A stretch of 64,000 nucleotides of DNA from Tubiluchus corallicola (taxonomy: Eukaryota; Animalia; Priapulida): the NCBI GenBank assembly GCA_030141605.1, contig JAQGDQ010000456.1, positions 88,672-152,671 of the forward strand. Reading direction: 5' to 3'. Within the stretch, counting starts at the first letter, position 1. Each line of letters starts with the position of its first letter. The notes beneath the pieces are model-generated. The model did no database searches and was not told the origin of the DNA. It saw nothing but the letters and a program-made list of their open reading frames with translations. Of this stretch, positions 47,443 through 62,165 are shown in pieces. A program made the position numbers and the translations under genes.

Positions 47443-48797
47443 CTTTGCTTTTCATGTATTTGTGTTATGTTTGTAACTTTGTCATTCATGTATTTGTAAT
47501 ATGTTTGTAACTTTGCCTTTCATGTATTTGTGTTATGTTTGTAACTTTGCTGTTAATGTATTTGTATTATGTTTGTAACTTTGTCATTCATGTATTTGTA
47601 ATATGTTTGTAACTTTGCCTTTCATGTATTTGTAATATGTTTGTGACTTTGCCTTTCATGTATTTGTATTATGTTTGCAACTTTGCCTTTAATGTATTTG
47701 TATTATGTTTGTAACTTTGCCTTTCGTGTATTTGTTATATGTTTGTAACTTTGCTGTTAATGTATTTGTATTATGTTTGTAACTTTGCCTTTCATTCATG
47801 TATTTGTAATATGTTTGTAACTTTGCCTTTCATGTATTTGTATTATGTTTGTAACTTTGCCTTTCATTCATGTATTTGTAATATGTTTGTGACTTTGCCT
47901 TTCATGTATTTGTATTATGTTTGTGACTTTGCCTTTCGCGTATTTGTATTATGTTTGTAACTTTGCCTTTCATGCATTTGTAATATGTTTGTAACTTTGC
48001 CTTTCATGCATTTGTAATATGTTTGTAACTTTGCCTTTCATGTATGTTTGTAACTTTGCCTTTCATGTTTTGTATTATGTTCGTAACTTTGCCTTGAATG
48101 TATTTGTATTATGTTTGTAACTTTGCCTTTCATGTTTTGTATTATGTTTGTAACTTTGCCTTTCATGTATTTGTATTATATTTGTAACTTTGCCTTTCAT
48201 GTTTTGTATTATGTTCGTAAATTTGCCTTTCATGTTTTGTATTATGTTTGTAACTTTGCCTTTCATGTATTTGTAATATGTTTGTAACTTTGCCTTTCAT
48301 GTATTTGTATTATATTTGTAACTTTGCCTTTCATGTATTTGTATTATATTTGTAACTTTGCCTTTCGTGTACTGTATTGTGTTTGTAACTTTGCCTTTCG
48401 TGTATTTGTATTATGTTTGTAACTTTGCCTTTCATGTATTTGTATTATGTTTGTGACTTTGCCATTCATGTATTTGTATTATATTTGTAACTTTGCCTTT
48501 CGTGTATTTGTATTATGTTTGTAACTTTGCCTTTCATGTATTTGTATTATGTTTGTGACTTTGCCTTTCATGTATTTGTATTATGTTTGTAACTTTGCCT
48601 TTCATGTATTTGTATTATATTTGTAACTTTGGCTTTCATGTTTTGTATTATATTCGTAGCTTTGCCTTTCATGTATTTGTATTATGTTTGTAACTTTGCC
48701 TTTCATGTATTTGTAATATGTTTGTAACTTTGCATTTCATGTATTTGTATTATGTTTGTAACTTTGCCTTTCATGTATTTGTATTGTGTTTGTAACC
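47443..48797. repeat. ~34-bp minisatellite, ~40 copies
   Basis: Unit TATGTTTGTAACTTTGCCTTTCATGTATTTGTAT. Confidence 0.96.
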
Positions 48798-51337
48798 AGA
48801 GCACTGTCTGTATCAGTTCCACAGTTTTGTGCAAAGGTTGTAAAATAAATACGTTTAAAGTAACTATGGGAGACAGTAAGAAAAGATTTATTCTGACCAG
48901 AAATCAGCTGCCATCCTGAGAACATCATTGATAAAAGAAGTGACAGAAAAGGCGTGACTAATCGATCAACCTTCCCGGAGCAGAAGTGTCAACATCGCGT
49001 TTTCCTGCTGGTACCGTCGCTGCCGTTATTCCATTTCCTGTTGCTGTACGTTTGCCATTGTTACTAATCATGCTGTCGGCTTGTTTATTTATTTACATCT
49101 GTGTTATTTAATGTTGTTTGTTTACAGGCAGGTTCTTTATATTGGTTTGACCTTGAAGTTTGTAGACTGTCTGTAAGTCTAAATCCAGACGTCGTCTGTT
49201 GCAACAATGCAAACAAACACGACTAAGCTTAGATATTGCACTGTATAAATCCCTGCATTATAGGGGGCGCGAACAACGTTCAACAAGAGAACGTCACACA
49301 CGTGCTATAATGAGAAAAAGTAACAAAATAATTTGGGAGCATATCAAAATAATGAGATCTCACTTTCTGCTCTCTGTTGATTAAAGAAGGACCCGCCTCA
49401 CAAGCAAAAGACACAAAGAGGGCGTTGCCGAAGTTTCACACCTCCCCCAAACAGACGTGTCAGGAAAGGAAATTATGGAAAATTGAACAATTTGGGGCAA
49501 AAAGGCGCCTTTGTCATGCAAATGTGCACTAGGTAGAATTTTTACAACAGCGGCTTACCGCTATCAGCAGGTAGACAGGAAGTTCACATTACTCATGGGG
49601 GTGGGAGGGTGGGGGAGGAGGTAACACAAGTGCAACGACGAGTCCAAACCTCCAATAAGAAGATAGGATCACAGCTGTAAGTAATGATCTAATAGAAGAC
49701 GCCCCACTTACTTTCTTGGGAAGGAAAGGGTTACATTGTCAACAGCTTGGATACTTCGTCACCCACCAACCCAAAAAATTACGAAAAAAGTCGCATTGTG
49801 GGTGGCCGAGGTGCTGAAAGGGTGCGCATGCGCGAGAACATGCTCCCTTGTTGGGAGAAGGTTGAAATTTAATAAGCACATTTTTGTAGTAAAGCTTCAA
49901 CAGTGTGCTTGCTTAGTACAGACACGAATGAAATAATTATATATGAATTTAATACACTGCAGGAATAATAATCTTCAAATATGGGATACTGAACCAATAG
50001 AGGTGTCTTAGATGCCCATCCAATATGTTTTCCTAAACAAAAAACTCCGATACCAGAAAGTCAGATGAAGATGCCCTAGTCTTCTCTAGTTCATCTATCC
50101 ATTTACTGGCTAATCTCGGCCTGGTTAACTTTCGTTGTTAAGCGCACGCCGTAGCCATTTGGCTTTTTCTCTTCCCCTCAAAGGCTAAGCAGTACTTACA
50201 GGTCGTTTGATTTCAGTGCACTAAACGCTTTTATCGTAAACATGATTAGTATTTTTGTTTTCAAAACAATTAAATGCAAAACTTGTTTTTCCCTTACGTA
50301 GTGTTAATCTTAAGCTTTCCCAGCCTCTCCTAAGCTTTCGGTTGCTAAGCGATGCAATTTCTGTTTTCATCTAAAGATTTCTCTGAGCCCTGATTGAAAA
50401 ACTACACACGTTTGGGTAGAACCTCTAGACAGAATATCTGCACGAGTCGGTGATATTTTTAAAAGGTCGAATGTCTAATTAGGAGCGCTCACTCGCCGCT
50501 TTCTCGCAGAGAACAGAAAAAAACACCGCCGACGCCGCGACTGATGAAACCCTGGCGCTGATGACGTCACGAAGCAGACACGGCTTCCAGGAGGGCCTGA
50601 AAGTTTACTGTCCCCTCTCCTCCGATCGTGGCGTTGATATGCCAGACTGATTTCGTCAAATGAACTCAGGAAAACATCAGCGCGCGCGAAGTTCGTTGAA
50701 CGAAAATAAAAACAGAACTAAACCTTAGATTTGAAATAGGGAACATTGTCTTACAAATCAAACGTTTGATTACCGGGTCCCATTACAACTAAGACGGCGT
50801 CTCAAATGTCATAAGTCATTTATTTCACCTAACATATTTACAATGGTTACATATACAATATCTAGTGAAAGGTCCTACAATAGATATAATACAAATAAGA
50901 AATACTGTACAGAAAAAGCCTCAAACACTGTTCACTTATACACGAAGGTAAAGGTGTTGCGGGCAATCAAAAAGCAGGGCTTGTTAGATTGTCCCACATA
51001 GTGATAGAGAAAAAAAGTAATGGAGATAATCTGAAAATTTAAAGTGAATCGTGATAAAAAAAACATTAGTGCTTAAAATGGAATGATATAATGAATGAAA
51101 CTCATATATGGAATGATATAAAAGATTCAGTACTCAAGGTGTCCTAATCCACTTTCGATCCTCTTAGTCACCCAAAATTTATACCCCCAAAACCAGGCGT
51201 GAAACCCGGAAATATAAGTGCAGATATCCACCACGTTTAATGCATAAAAGACTGCCTGGCGGTGAAGGCACAAAAACCTCTTCCTCAGCATCCCAATCCG
51301 CCCACACACCATGTGTTGCTGGGGCGCTACGACACGT

Positions 51338-51808
51338 GGTGGTGATTATGCAAAAACTAAATTAGCCTGGCACAGACGTACAGTAGCAAAGCGTCCCCAA
51401 GTTAAATATACTACAAGGTGGTGATTATGCAAAAACTAAATTAGCTTAGCACAGACGTACAGTAGCAAAGCGTCCCCAAGTTAAATATACTACAAGGTGG
51501 TGATTATGCAAAAACTAAATTAGCTTAGCACAGACGTACAGTAGCAAAGCGTCCCCAAGTTAAATATACTACAAGGTGGTGATTATGCAAAAACTAAATT
51601 AGCTTAGCACAGACGTACAGTAGCAAAGCGTCCCCAAGTTAAATATACTACAAGGTGGTGATTATGCAAAAACTAAATTAGCTTAGCACAGACGTACAGT
51701 AGCAAAGCGTCCCCAAGTTAAATATACTACAAGGTGGTGATTATGCAAAAACTAAATTAGCTTAGCACAGACGTACAGTAGCAAAGCGTCCCCAAGTTAA
51801 ATATACAA
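51338..51808. repeat. 79-bp near-perfect tandem repeat, 6 copies
   Basis: GGTGGTGATTATGCAAAAAC recurs every 79 bp (51417, 51496 and onward). Confidence 0.96.
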
Positions 51809-51934
51809 GTTTTCTACACTACGCAGGGTGTATAAGCAAAACTGCACAAAGTTATACATTATATAGTGTAGATGGAAAGGCGAGAGGTCCTCTTGAGGTA
51901 GTTAATGAAAATGTAGAGGTTTCGTATACAACCA

Positions 51935-54900
51935 GCAAGATCATACAGACGCAAGATGACAAGATCATACAGAAGCAAGATGACAATCACACAGGAGCAA
52001 TACGACAATCACACAGGAGCAAGATGACAATCTTACAGAAGCAAATTGGCAATCATACAAAAGTAAGATGACAATCACACAGGAGCAAAATGACAATCAT
52101 ACAGAAGCAAGATGACAATCTTACAGAAGCAAATTGGCAATCATACAAAAGTAAGATGACAATCACATAGGAGCAATACGACAATCATACAGAAGCAAGA
52201 TGACAATCTTACAGAAGCAAATTGGCAATCATACAAAAGTAAGATGACAATCACACAGGAGCAATACGACAATCACACAGGAGCAAGATGACAATCTTAC
52301 AGAAGCAAATTGGCAATCATACAAAAGTAAGATGACAATCACACAGGAGCAAGATGACAATCTTACAGAAGCAAATTGGCAATCATACAAAAGTAAGATG
52401 ACAATCACATAGGAGCAATACGACAATCATACAGAAGCAAGATGACAATCACACAGGAGCAAGATGACAATCACACAGGAGCAAGATGACAATCACACGG
52501 GAGCAAGACGACAATCACATAGGAGCAAGATGACAATCTTACAGAAGCAGATTGGCAAATCATACAAAAGTAAGATGACAATCACATAGAAGCAATACGA
52601 CAATCACACAGGAACAAGATGACAATCACACAGGAGCAAGATGACAATCACACGGGAGCAAGACGACAATCACATAGGAGCAAGATGACAATCTTACAGA
52701 AGCAGATTGGCAAATCATACAAAAGTAAGATGACAATCACATAGAAGCAATACGACAATCACACAGGAACAAGATGACAATCACACAGGAGCAAGACGAC
52801 AATCACACAGGAACAAGACGACAATCACACAGGAACAATACGACAATCACACAGGAACAATACGACAATCACACAGGAGCAAGACGACAATCACACAGGA
52901 ACAAGACGACAATCACACAGGAACAAGACGACAATCACACAAGAGCAAGACGACAATCACACAGGAACAAGACGACAATCACACAAGAGCAAGACGACAA
53001 TCACACAAGAGCAAGACGACAATCACACAGGAACAAGATGACAATCACACAGGAGCAAGACGACAATCACACAGGAGCAAGATGACAATCACACGGGAGC
53101 AAGACGACAATCACATAGGAGCAAGATGACAATCTTACAGAAGCAGATTGGCAAATCATACAAAAGTAATATGACAATCACACAGGAGCAATACGACAAT
53201 CACACAGGAACAAGATGACAATCACACAGGAGCAAGACGACAATCACACAGGAGCAAGATGACAATCACACGGGAGCAAGACGACAATCACATAGGAGCA
53301 AGATGACAATCTTACAGAAGCAGATTGGCAAATCATACAAAAGTAATATGACAATCACACAGGAGCAATACGACAATCACACAGGAACAAGATGACAATC
53401 ACACAGGAGCAAGACGACAATCACACAGGAGCAAGACGACAATCACACAGGAACAATACGACAATCACACAGGAACAAGATGACAATCACACAGGAGCAA
53501 GACGACAATCACACAGGAACAAGACGACAATCACACAGGAACAAGATGACAATCACACAAGAGCAAGACGACAATCACACAAGAGCAAGACGACAATCAC
53601 ACAGGAACAAGATGACAATCACAGAGGAGCAAGACAACAATCACGCGGAAGCAAGATGTAATCACACAGAAGCAATATGACAATCACACAGGAGCAAGAT
53701 GACAATCACACAGGAGCAAGACAACAGTCACACAGGAACAAGACGACAATCACACAAGAGCAAGACGACAATCACGCAGAAGCAAGATGATAATCACACA
53801 GAAGCAATATGACAATCACACAGGAGCAAGACGACAATCACACAGGAGCAAGACGACAATCACACAGGAGCAAGACGACAATCACACAGGAACAATACGA
53901 CAATCACACAGGAGCAAGATGACAATCACACAGGAACAATACGACAATCACACAGGAGCAAGACGACAATCACACAGGAACAATACGACAATCACACAGG
54001 AGCAAGACGACAATCACACAGGAACAATACGACAATCACACAGGAGCAAGACGACAATCACACAGGAACAAGACGACAATCACACAGGAGCAAGACGACA
54101 ATCACACAGGAACAATACGACAATCACACAGGAGCAAGATGACAATCACACAGGAGCAATACGATAATCACACAGGAACAAGACGACAATCACACAGGAG
54201 CAAGACGACAATTACACAGGAACAAGACGACAATCACACAGGAACAAGACGACAATCACACAAGAGCAAGACGACAATCACACAAGAGCAAGACGAAATC
54301 ACACAAGAGCAAGACGACAATCACACAGGAACAAGATGACAATCACAGAGGAGCAAGACGACAATCACACAGGAACAAGACGACAATCACACAGAAGCAA
54401 TATGATAATCACACAGGAACAAGATGACAATCACACAAGAGCAAGACGACAATCACACAAGAGCAAGACGACAATCACACAGGAACAAGACGACAATCAC
54501 ACAGGAACAAGACAACAATCACACAAGAGCAAGACGACAATCACACAGGAACAAGATGACAATCACAGAGGAGCAAGATGACAATCACACAGGAACAAGT
54601 TGACAATCACACAAAAGCAAGACGACAATCACATAGAAGCAAGACGACAATCACACAAGAGCAAGACGACAATCACACAACAACAAGACGACAATCACAC
54701 AAGAGCAAGACGACAATCACACAAAAGCAAGACGACAATCACATAGAAGCAAGACGACAATCACACAGGAGCAAGACGACAATCACACAAGAGCAAGACG
54801 ACAATCACACAGGAACAAGACGACAATCACACAGGAGCAAGACGACAATCACACAGGAGCAATATGACAATCACACAGGAACAATATGACAATCACACAG

Positions 54901-55052
54901 GAGCAAGCAACAATCACACAGGAACAAGACGACAATCACACAAGAGCAAGACGACAATCACACAGGAGCAAGATGACAATCACACAGGAGCAATATGACA
55001 ATCACATAGAAGCAAGATGATAATCACACAGGAACAAGTTGACAATCACACA
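51935..55052. repeat. 22-bp minisatellite, ~3.1 kb, with higher-order variants in the left half
   Basis: Unit GACAATCACACAGGAGCAAGAC; the variant block CTTACAGAAGCA(A/G)ATTGGC recurs periodically up to ~53340. Confidence 0.97.
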
Positions 55053-57682
55053 AATTCACGAAATAACTAAATAACTGTACAAGCAGCTGTTTGAATAAAA
55101 AATAAATCCACATTCAATAAACGGCTAAAACTCCAACATTTCTGTTCTGCCCTGACATTCAAATGTGCTGCCACCTGTCTCAACTCATCAATGTCATGAC
55201 AACCAACGATAAACACGTCATGTTTTAGCGTACATATAGTCAAATAACTAATTTCAGGCTGATGTGTTTGTGAATCTGCGTTCCGCATTACTTGGGTGGC
55301 GGCCAGGAACAACTAAATGAGAAACTCAATTTACGTGCACTACATTAATAATGCCTACCTTTTTAGGCAATTGCCAGCTTCTCAATTTACCCACCAGGTG
55401 GATCTGTCAAATGAAGAATTCCCTCAGGTACCTGCATCTTCCACTGCAAAAAAAAACAATTTATGAAAGCTATTTCTGATACTAGACATGGCTTAAATAT
55501 CAGAATATTTGAAGTGAATTTGCTTAAACTGAGTATGAAACATGGAGAGATTAGCTGAGCCTGGTTTCTGTCATAAACATGAAGTTACATATTTATTCTC
55601 AGCTTCAAACATTAGACCTCCTAGCTGGTTTATAAATTATGGGAGTTCTGGTATGCATGTAATCATGTAATTTTTCCTTGTCAAAACATGGAGATGAAAA
55701 ACTCGAATTACACAGGTTGCAGGCGTTAACAAGATGCCCAAACTTGACAGGAAATACTGCAAAATGTTCAACCTTGAGAGAGTTGACTGTAAGTTTATTA
55801 AGGTGTTCAAACTTGACAGAGTTGGTTGCAACTTCAGCAATATGTTCTAGCTTGACTACACTGGCTGCAAACTTTTGGTTTAGCAAGATGTTCAAACTTG
55901 ACAGGATCGACACTTTACAGCTGTGTACAGTATGTCTGAACTACCAAGGCAGTAAAACAATCTTTCGTTTCAACACAGAATAACTAATTAAATTTAACAT
56001 GTAAGGACTGTTTGAGCCAGCTACAAATGCCAGCCATGTGTCACAAATAATAGTCACACATGATATTTATACATGTTTCTTTTGTTGTCCTTATATTTGT
56101 TTTCATTTATTGTTAGTCTATAGTATCTAGTTTCTAGTATTCCACAACTAGCCTGCTCTTGGCTAGTAATACCAGTAATTTAGATTTTCTATTACATAGG
56201 AAATGCTCTAGTACTATTTTTCTGGTCATATGGTCAAGCTGTGTTGAGTTAACCTTTGACCTACAGCAAATGCGCATGCGCATAACGAAACTATGAAAAG
56301 GTTTATTCAGTGCAGCTTGAAGTGTGCCAGGGTGTAAAAAATTTTCAGTTCTCACGTGTGATTTCTGCATAAAATTTAATTGTGCTTTCAGCAAAAAGTT
56401 CTGATTTGACAAATTTTAAACTTTTGGTTTTGATTAACTTGTTTTTAATCATCTCTGATTTATCTTGGAAAAGCTTGCGGATACAAAATAACTTAGATAA
56501 TACTTCAAAGTAAATAAAAAATGCAAAGTTTAGCAAACCGTACAAGAGCAATGTTAAAAAAGATAACCAAAGATGGTAAATAGTGTCTCGAATATGCCCA
56601 TCATAACTCTGAGCAACAACAACCCTAAAAAAGATAACCAAAGATGGTAAATAGTGTCTCGAATATGCTCATCATAACTCTGGATAATGTCTCAGATATG
56701 GCCATCATAATTTCTGTTTGAATACTCAGTTTTGCTATATCTGACTAGTTAGTTCACTTTTGTTAACTATGTTAACATTTTCGTGGAATGTGTTTTGTGA
56801 TACAAACGTGTTTTACCACAAGTTATTAAACTACAAAACCAGATGTATCAACTTGTTACTATGTCTGTGTCTTTTGCCTAGACCTGAGATTTGAATTCAC
56901 TATTTCATCTTCAGCTGTTACTCATCACTGGAGGTCGAAGTTCAGATGCAAATCAACACATCATTCACATCATTGGGAAATCTTGATCTGCCTCTGCAGT
57001 TGGTGATGCTCAACGTGAAACAGTTCTAATGCAATCCACTTAGCTGAATGAATTCCATTACAATTGTTATTCTTTTACGTGTTTATTTATTTATTGTTAT
57101 TGTTTTACATGTTTATTTATTTATAAACCAATTTTGACTAATGGTCAGAGAGGACATTTTGCAGAATAAGGCACGGTCTCAATGGATTATTAATGTCGTT
57201 AAGGTAATGATGCATACACAAACTCCAAATCGACGACAGTTTCAATAAATTCGGCTGCCATCATTCGAAAGTTCATCGTCATTGTTTCGAGGTGCTGATA
57301 TGTGAGCAGGAAATAAAGACAGTACTATCACAAAAAGTGATTTGGAAATTAAAGTTTAAAGGCAAAAATCTCAATGCTGTGCCGCAAGCAAGAAGCCGCT
57401 TAGACCGCGACAAACATTCAAAGGGAAATCCGAACCTCTAATACAATTTCATATTCAAACTTTGCAGTTAGCATCGCAGGCCAGCCAATCGGGAAAGCAC
57501 ATCCCACATTTTTATGAAAGTGAATTTAGAAGGCTTGTGTTACGTTGTCTGCTAATTGGGTTATGTCTGCCTGTCTGCTAACTGCTTATACTTAGGAAAG
57601 AATAATGGATGCAACATGTTGCACTTAAACTTTGCAACAAGTTACAACAATGTGACTCTCCTCTGCCAACTTCTGGACAGAC

Positions 57683-58824
57683 ATGGATGAAAATCATAAA
57701 AACGCTGAAGAGATTACTGGAGAAGAAAAGTCGATCAGAAGATTAGCAGCTACTCTAGCAGACAATACAGCTACACATGGCATAGGTAATATAAAACGTT
57801 CAAAAAGTTTGGTGAGAAAAAGCATCTGGGTAGCACTCATGTGCTTAGCTACATTACTGTTCTGCGTTCAAAGTGGAATACAGTTAAGAAAGTACATGTC
57901 ACGTCCAACGAAGATTGCTGCTACATTTCGACTAAGTAGCCAAATAATTGCTGTACCTTCTGTGACCATTTGCAACAAAAATTCTCTCCGCTTTAGCGAG
58001 TACAAGAAACTAATGCCGGAATTTTATAATACATCAGACGATTTTAACAATTGGTGGTTCATTACTATTGAAGCAGCCATTTCTGAGTTTGCAGCTAAAT
58101 TGAACCAAACTCAGCGACAAAGGATCGGTCATCAGTTAGAAGACACAGTATTGGATTGTTATTTCCCTCAAAGGCCACTAATAAGTTATAAATGTACTGA
58201 ACATTTTGAGACGAGTAACATACAACTAGACAAAGGTAACTGTTTCACCTTCAATCCTTTGAGAAGGACTCCAGATGGGGCACAAAGGGAGGGGATCACA
58301 GTGAAACGCTCCCTAGCAAAGACCGGTTTTAATTTTTTATTGAACGCAAGTCTGGAAGAATACATGCCTTTAAATACGCCTCAGCCAGGATTCGATGTCA
58401 TCATCACCCCACCAGGGGGCAGTTATATTGGTGTCTATCCATTCTTCATGCACACTGGCACGATGAACACTGCAAAAATACAGCAAACAGATGTGTACAA
58501 AATACACAAGAAAAATCGCTGTGTAAAAGAAGAAGAAGTGAATAGAGACCGAGTCACAGATGTGTTTAAAGAAGCATTTGGCACCAAATACGGGATTGAG
58601 ACTTGCAGGAAGACTTGCGAACAAAAAAAGTTGATACAGAAATGTGACTGCATGACCGGCAGCATTCCAGTGACGGAAAAACTACTGCAAGAAGCAGGAT
58701 GGACAGACGAAAATCGACCTCCGATGTGTGAAACTCTAGCTGGAGAAAATCACACCTGCTTTCAATCGACTGAACTTCTTGAAGATAATGAATGTAACTG
58801 TCCTACACCATGTAATCAAACTAG
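57683..58824 (+). CDS. DEG/ENaC (ASIC/FaNaC superfamily) channel subunit, exon 1
   Basis: N-terminal THG motif, TM1 IWVALMCLATLLFCVQ, PSVTICNKN, GNCFTFNP, Cys-rich thumb ending CNCPTPC; donor AG|gtaatg at 58825. Confidence 0.95.
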
Positions 58825-59388
58825 GTAATGCTTCAGTCGCATCTACATTTGGTCAGTTAAGACACTTATAAATGGCGTAATTCGTTTCAGCCCCCACCCC
58901 CCCCCGAAATGCAGATATTTCGTGTAGATATTGTACCCCCCCCCCCCCCGAAAGAAATATATTCGTTAATGACAATATAATCAGTTACATAAATGTTAAA
59001 AAAATGAGAAAATAATAAAACCAATGAAAAATAATAATAAATGTTGCTACGAATAATGACACTTTTAAGTTAAAACCTTTCGTGTCGGGAAAATGCGCAA
59101 GAATGCTACAAAATGCATTCTGGGAGGACCGCTGTCGGGCAGCACTTTCGATTTTCGTATCTTGAATATTTTTTCATTAAATGCGTCAGAAATTTCTTCG
59201 AAGCCCGATTTGTATTCTGAATTTTTTGTATAATAGGGTTTTCGTAAGTCAAAGTGCCACTGTACTTGTAAACTCGCTTTATATACTGGATTATAACATA
59301 AAGTAGTGTGTCAAGTAATGAGGTCAAAGTTCACCTACACGGATAAAGTATATGTGGGATATAAACTGCTGTAAATTACAGACTTTAA

Positions 59389-59932
59389 AGGAAAACCGGG
59401 TGATTGTGTAAACACGAGTTCAGAATAAAGAATGCTCTGAAATAGCGAAAACTACAATAGCTTTTTTTAAATCAAAGCTTAGCTTAAATAATAATTACAT
59501 CAGGCACTCAAGTTTCATTAAATCTTCAAAGCTACATGCGGCTCAGTGAATCAACTAAGACTGGCAGCAGCGCCTTTTTGTCACATTCGTGTGGCCGACA
59601 AATAGAAAGCGGTACCGTGATAAGCACGATCATGAACTGCAAAGTTAGATTCATGACGTCATATGATGTAAAGCCTATTTTTCGTGACATCATGTGTTTA
59701 AACAGTACTGTAACAGCTATGTGCTTGACGCATAAGGGAAGATGCCTGCCATGGTACAAACTCTGGTTAGTTTCTGACGTAAGCAATAGCTGTGTTCGGT
59801 TGCCGTTAATTAACTTTCTAGGCTAATTATTCAAATATAAGAAACAATTACTAACTTTTATAGGCAAGAAAACGCATATTTTGCACAGTAAATTAAAATG
59901 AGATTGAGTCTAAACAATCGTCCGGTCTTCCA
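59389..59932. mobile_element. Kolobok-like MITE in the DEG/ENaC intron; related right end at ~47090-47183
   Basis: TTAA|AGGAAAACCGGGTGATTGTGTAAAC ... GTCTAAACAATCGTCCGGTCTTCCA|TTAA, i.e. imperfect TIRs with a TTAA TSD. Confidence 0.7.
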
Positions 59933-60118
59933 TTAAATTTAACTGAGTACAAAATTCATACAGATAGTTTTAAATTATTGTACAGTGCAAATAGTTACAC
60001 AAAAATGTAATTTTAATTTGATGTTGACATTTTGCTAAGTCCTTTGAATTTTGTTTCACAAATTTACCTTACTTATATTCTACTCTTGTCTTACATCTAT
60101 TCTGTAAAATGTTTTTAG

Positions 60119-60596
60119 GTATCATATTTCCTGGGAGTCCAGCCACACGCTAGACTATGACCAAACATGGAAATGGAAAGATTTTCTCACAGAGTACCAA
60201 AACGACACCACAAATATAATCCAGTACTTGGAGCACTTTCAAAACAAGTATTCTAAAACGTCGCCTGTAGATGGCGTTAACGAATTGTCATGGCTCCGTG
60301 TCATGTTTGAGACTTCGATGGTGGAAGAAATTCACGAAGAAATCACATACAAGGAAGCTGATCTAGCAGGTGATATCGGTGGCCTGCTGGGACTGTACAT
60401 TGGCATGTCTGTTTTAGCAATTTACGAGATTATTGAATTTCTCGCAGATGCAGCCATGCTTGTTTTGCAGGGAATACGACAGGCCAAAAACAAGAGAGTG
60501 AGCAATCAAGGAGACAAAAATAACGACAAATATGGCGCCTCAGAAACGGAGTTCTTGCGTTCATCACCTTCAAATAGAGATGTCACGAAGCTCTGA
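60119..60596 (+). CDS. DEG/ENaC channel exon 2 (TM2 and C-tail); full protein 539 aa
   Basis: Acceptor gtttttag|G in phase 2, in frame with exon 1; TM2 DLAGDIGGLLGLYIGMSVLAIYEIIEF; TGA stop. Confidence 0.95.
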
Positions 60597-60739
60597 GAGA
60601 ACCAGACCTTCCAAATCTTGTAACTAAAATTATGAATTTTTTGACCAAAATACTAATATTATATATTTAATTAATACTGCATAATATTATTTTTGAGTTA
60701 GTTCATTTTTAGTTAACACGCAGTGTGTAATATATATAG

Positions 60740-60764
60740 TGTTATATGTGAATATATATGTGTA

Positions 60765-60812
<48 letters not shown>

Positions 60813-60832
60813 TGTGTGTATATATATGTGTA

Positions 60833-60882
<50 letters not shown>

Positions 60883-60902
60883 TGTGTGTATATATATGTG
60901 TA

Positions 60903-60969
<67 letters not shown>

Positions 60970-61045
60970 CATGCGTATGTATATATGTGTAATATATATG
61001 TGTGTGTATGTGTGTGTGTATATATGTGTAATATATATGTGTGTG

Positions 61046-61076
<31 letters not shown>

Positions 61077-61146
61077 TATGCGTGTATATATATGTGTAAT
61101 ATGTGTGTGTATGTGTGTGTGTATATATGTGTAATATATATGTGTG

Positions 61147-61179
<33 letters not shown>

Positions 61180-61251
61180 TATGCGTGTATATATATGTGT
61201 AATATGTGTGTGAGTGTGTGTGCGGCGCGCACGTGTGTGCATGTGTGTGTG
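60740..61251. repeat. Compound (TG)n/(TA) microsatellite
   Basis: Direct inspection. Confidence 0.95.
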
Positions 61252-62165
61252 TTTTATTACACACTAAATCGAATTTTATAAGGTTTTGAGACTTCAGTGC
61301 ATACAGGCTTTATAAACATAAAAACAAAGAGTCATCTACCATGGCAGTGCTCTCCAATGAAAGCAACATTATCACAACAGATAGACCAAACTTGCTTGAC
61401 AATGGTAACATCTAATGGCGCCTGCCAACGTGCACAAAGGGTTAACAAGGAACAATATTTAGCTGGCTTGTGTAGCAAAGAGCTCTATAAACGTGTGAAA
61501 GTCAATCGAACAGGCGGAACAAAAGCCACTCTGTTGGGGCTGTAATTGAAGCAGGTTTCATAACAATATGTTGCTAACTATTATCATTATGTATACGTTC
61601 AAACTTCCGGCGTAGACATGCGTATCCATGACAACAATGATACCAACAGACTCCCGAGAATGAAAGAGAAATTATCGTTATTCCAGGACGCACCTTTGTC
61701 TATAGCACTGTCTCCATGTAATACAAGAGTAACATATTGTCAGATTACAGTGAATTCGACGAAGTTAAAGCGGCTCAAGATTTAAAAATGCTAATGGGTC
61801 GGGTTATGATGCATGTTGCCAAGATTGCATCTAGTGAATAATCTTCCTTACAGTAATACTGGACAAGGTTAAAGGACAGAATATGACAAAAAAGAGAAAG
61901 AAGTCAAAAGAAACACAACAGAAAATAGCAACAAAAAACTGAAACATGTTGCAAACCATCGTTTCGATACAAGCGTTATTATCAACGCTAGAAATCAAGC
62001 CAAAAGAAATAAGAAGTGCGTTTATGACACTAAAATTACCAAGACTCAAAAAATCATTAGAAAAACGAAAGAGCAAAAATTAATGAATTGTCAGAATACA
62101 AGCGGAAATTACTTAGAAAGAAAACCTATAAAAGAAACGTAAAAACCTGGTAAAGATTTTGTCCT

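Noticed and set aside
52774-54889. Repetitive TITQEQDDNHTG ORFs
   Set aside because: Translations of the 22-bp minisatellite.
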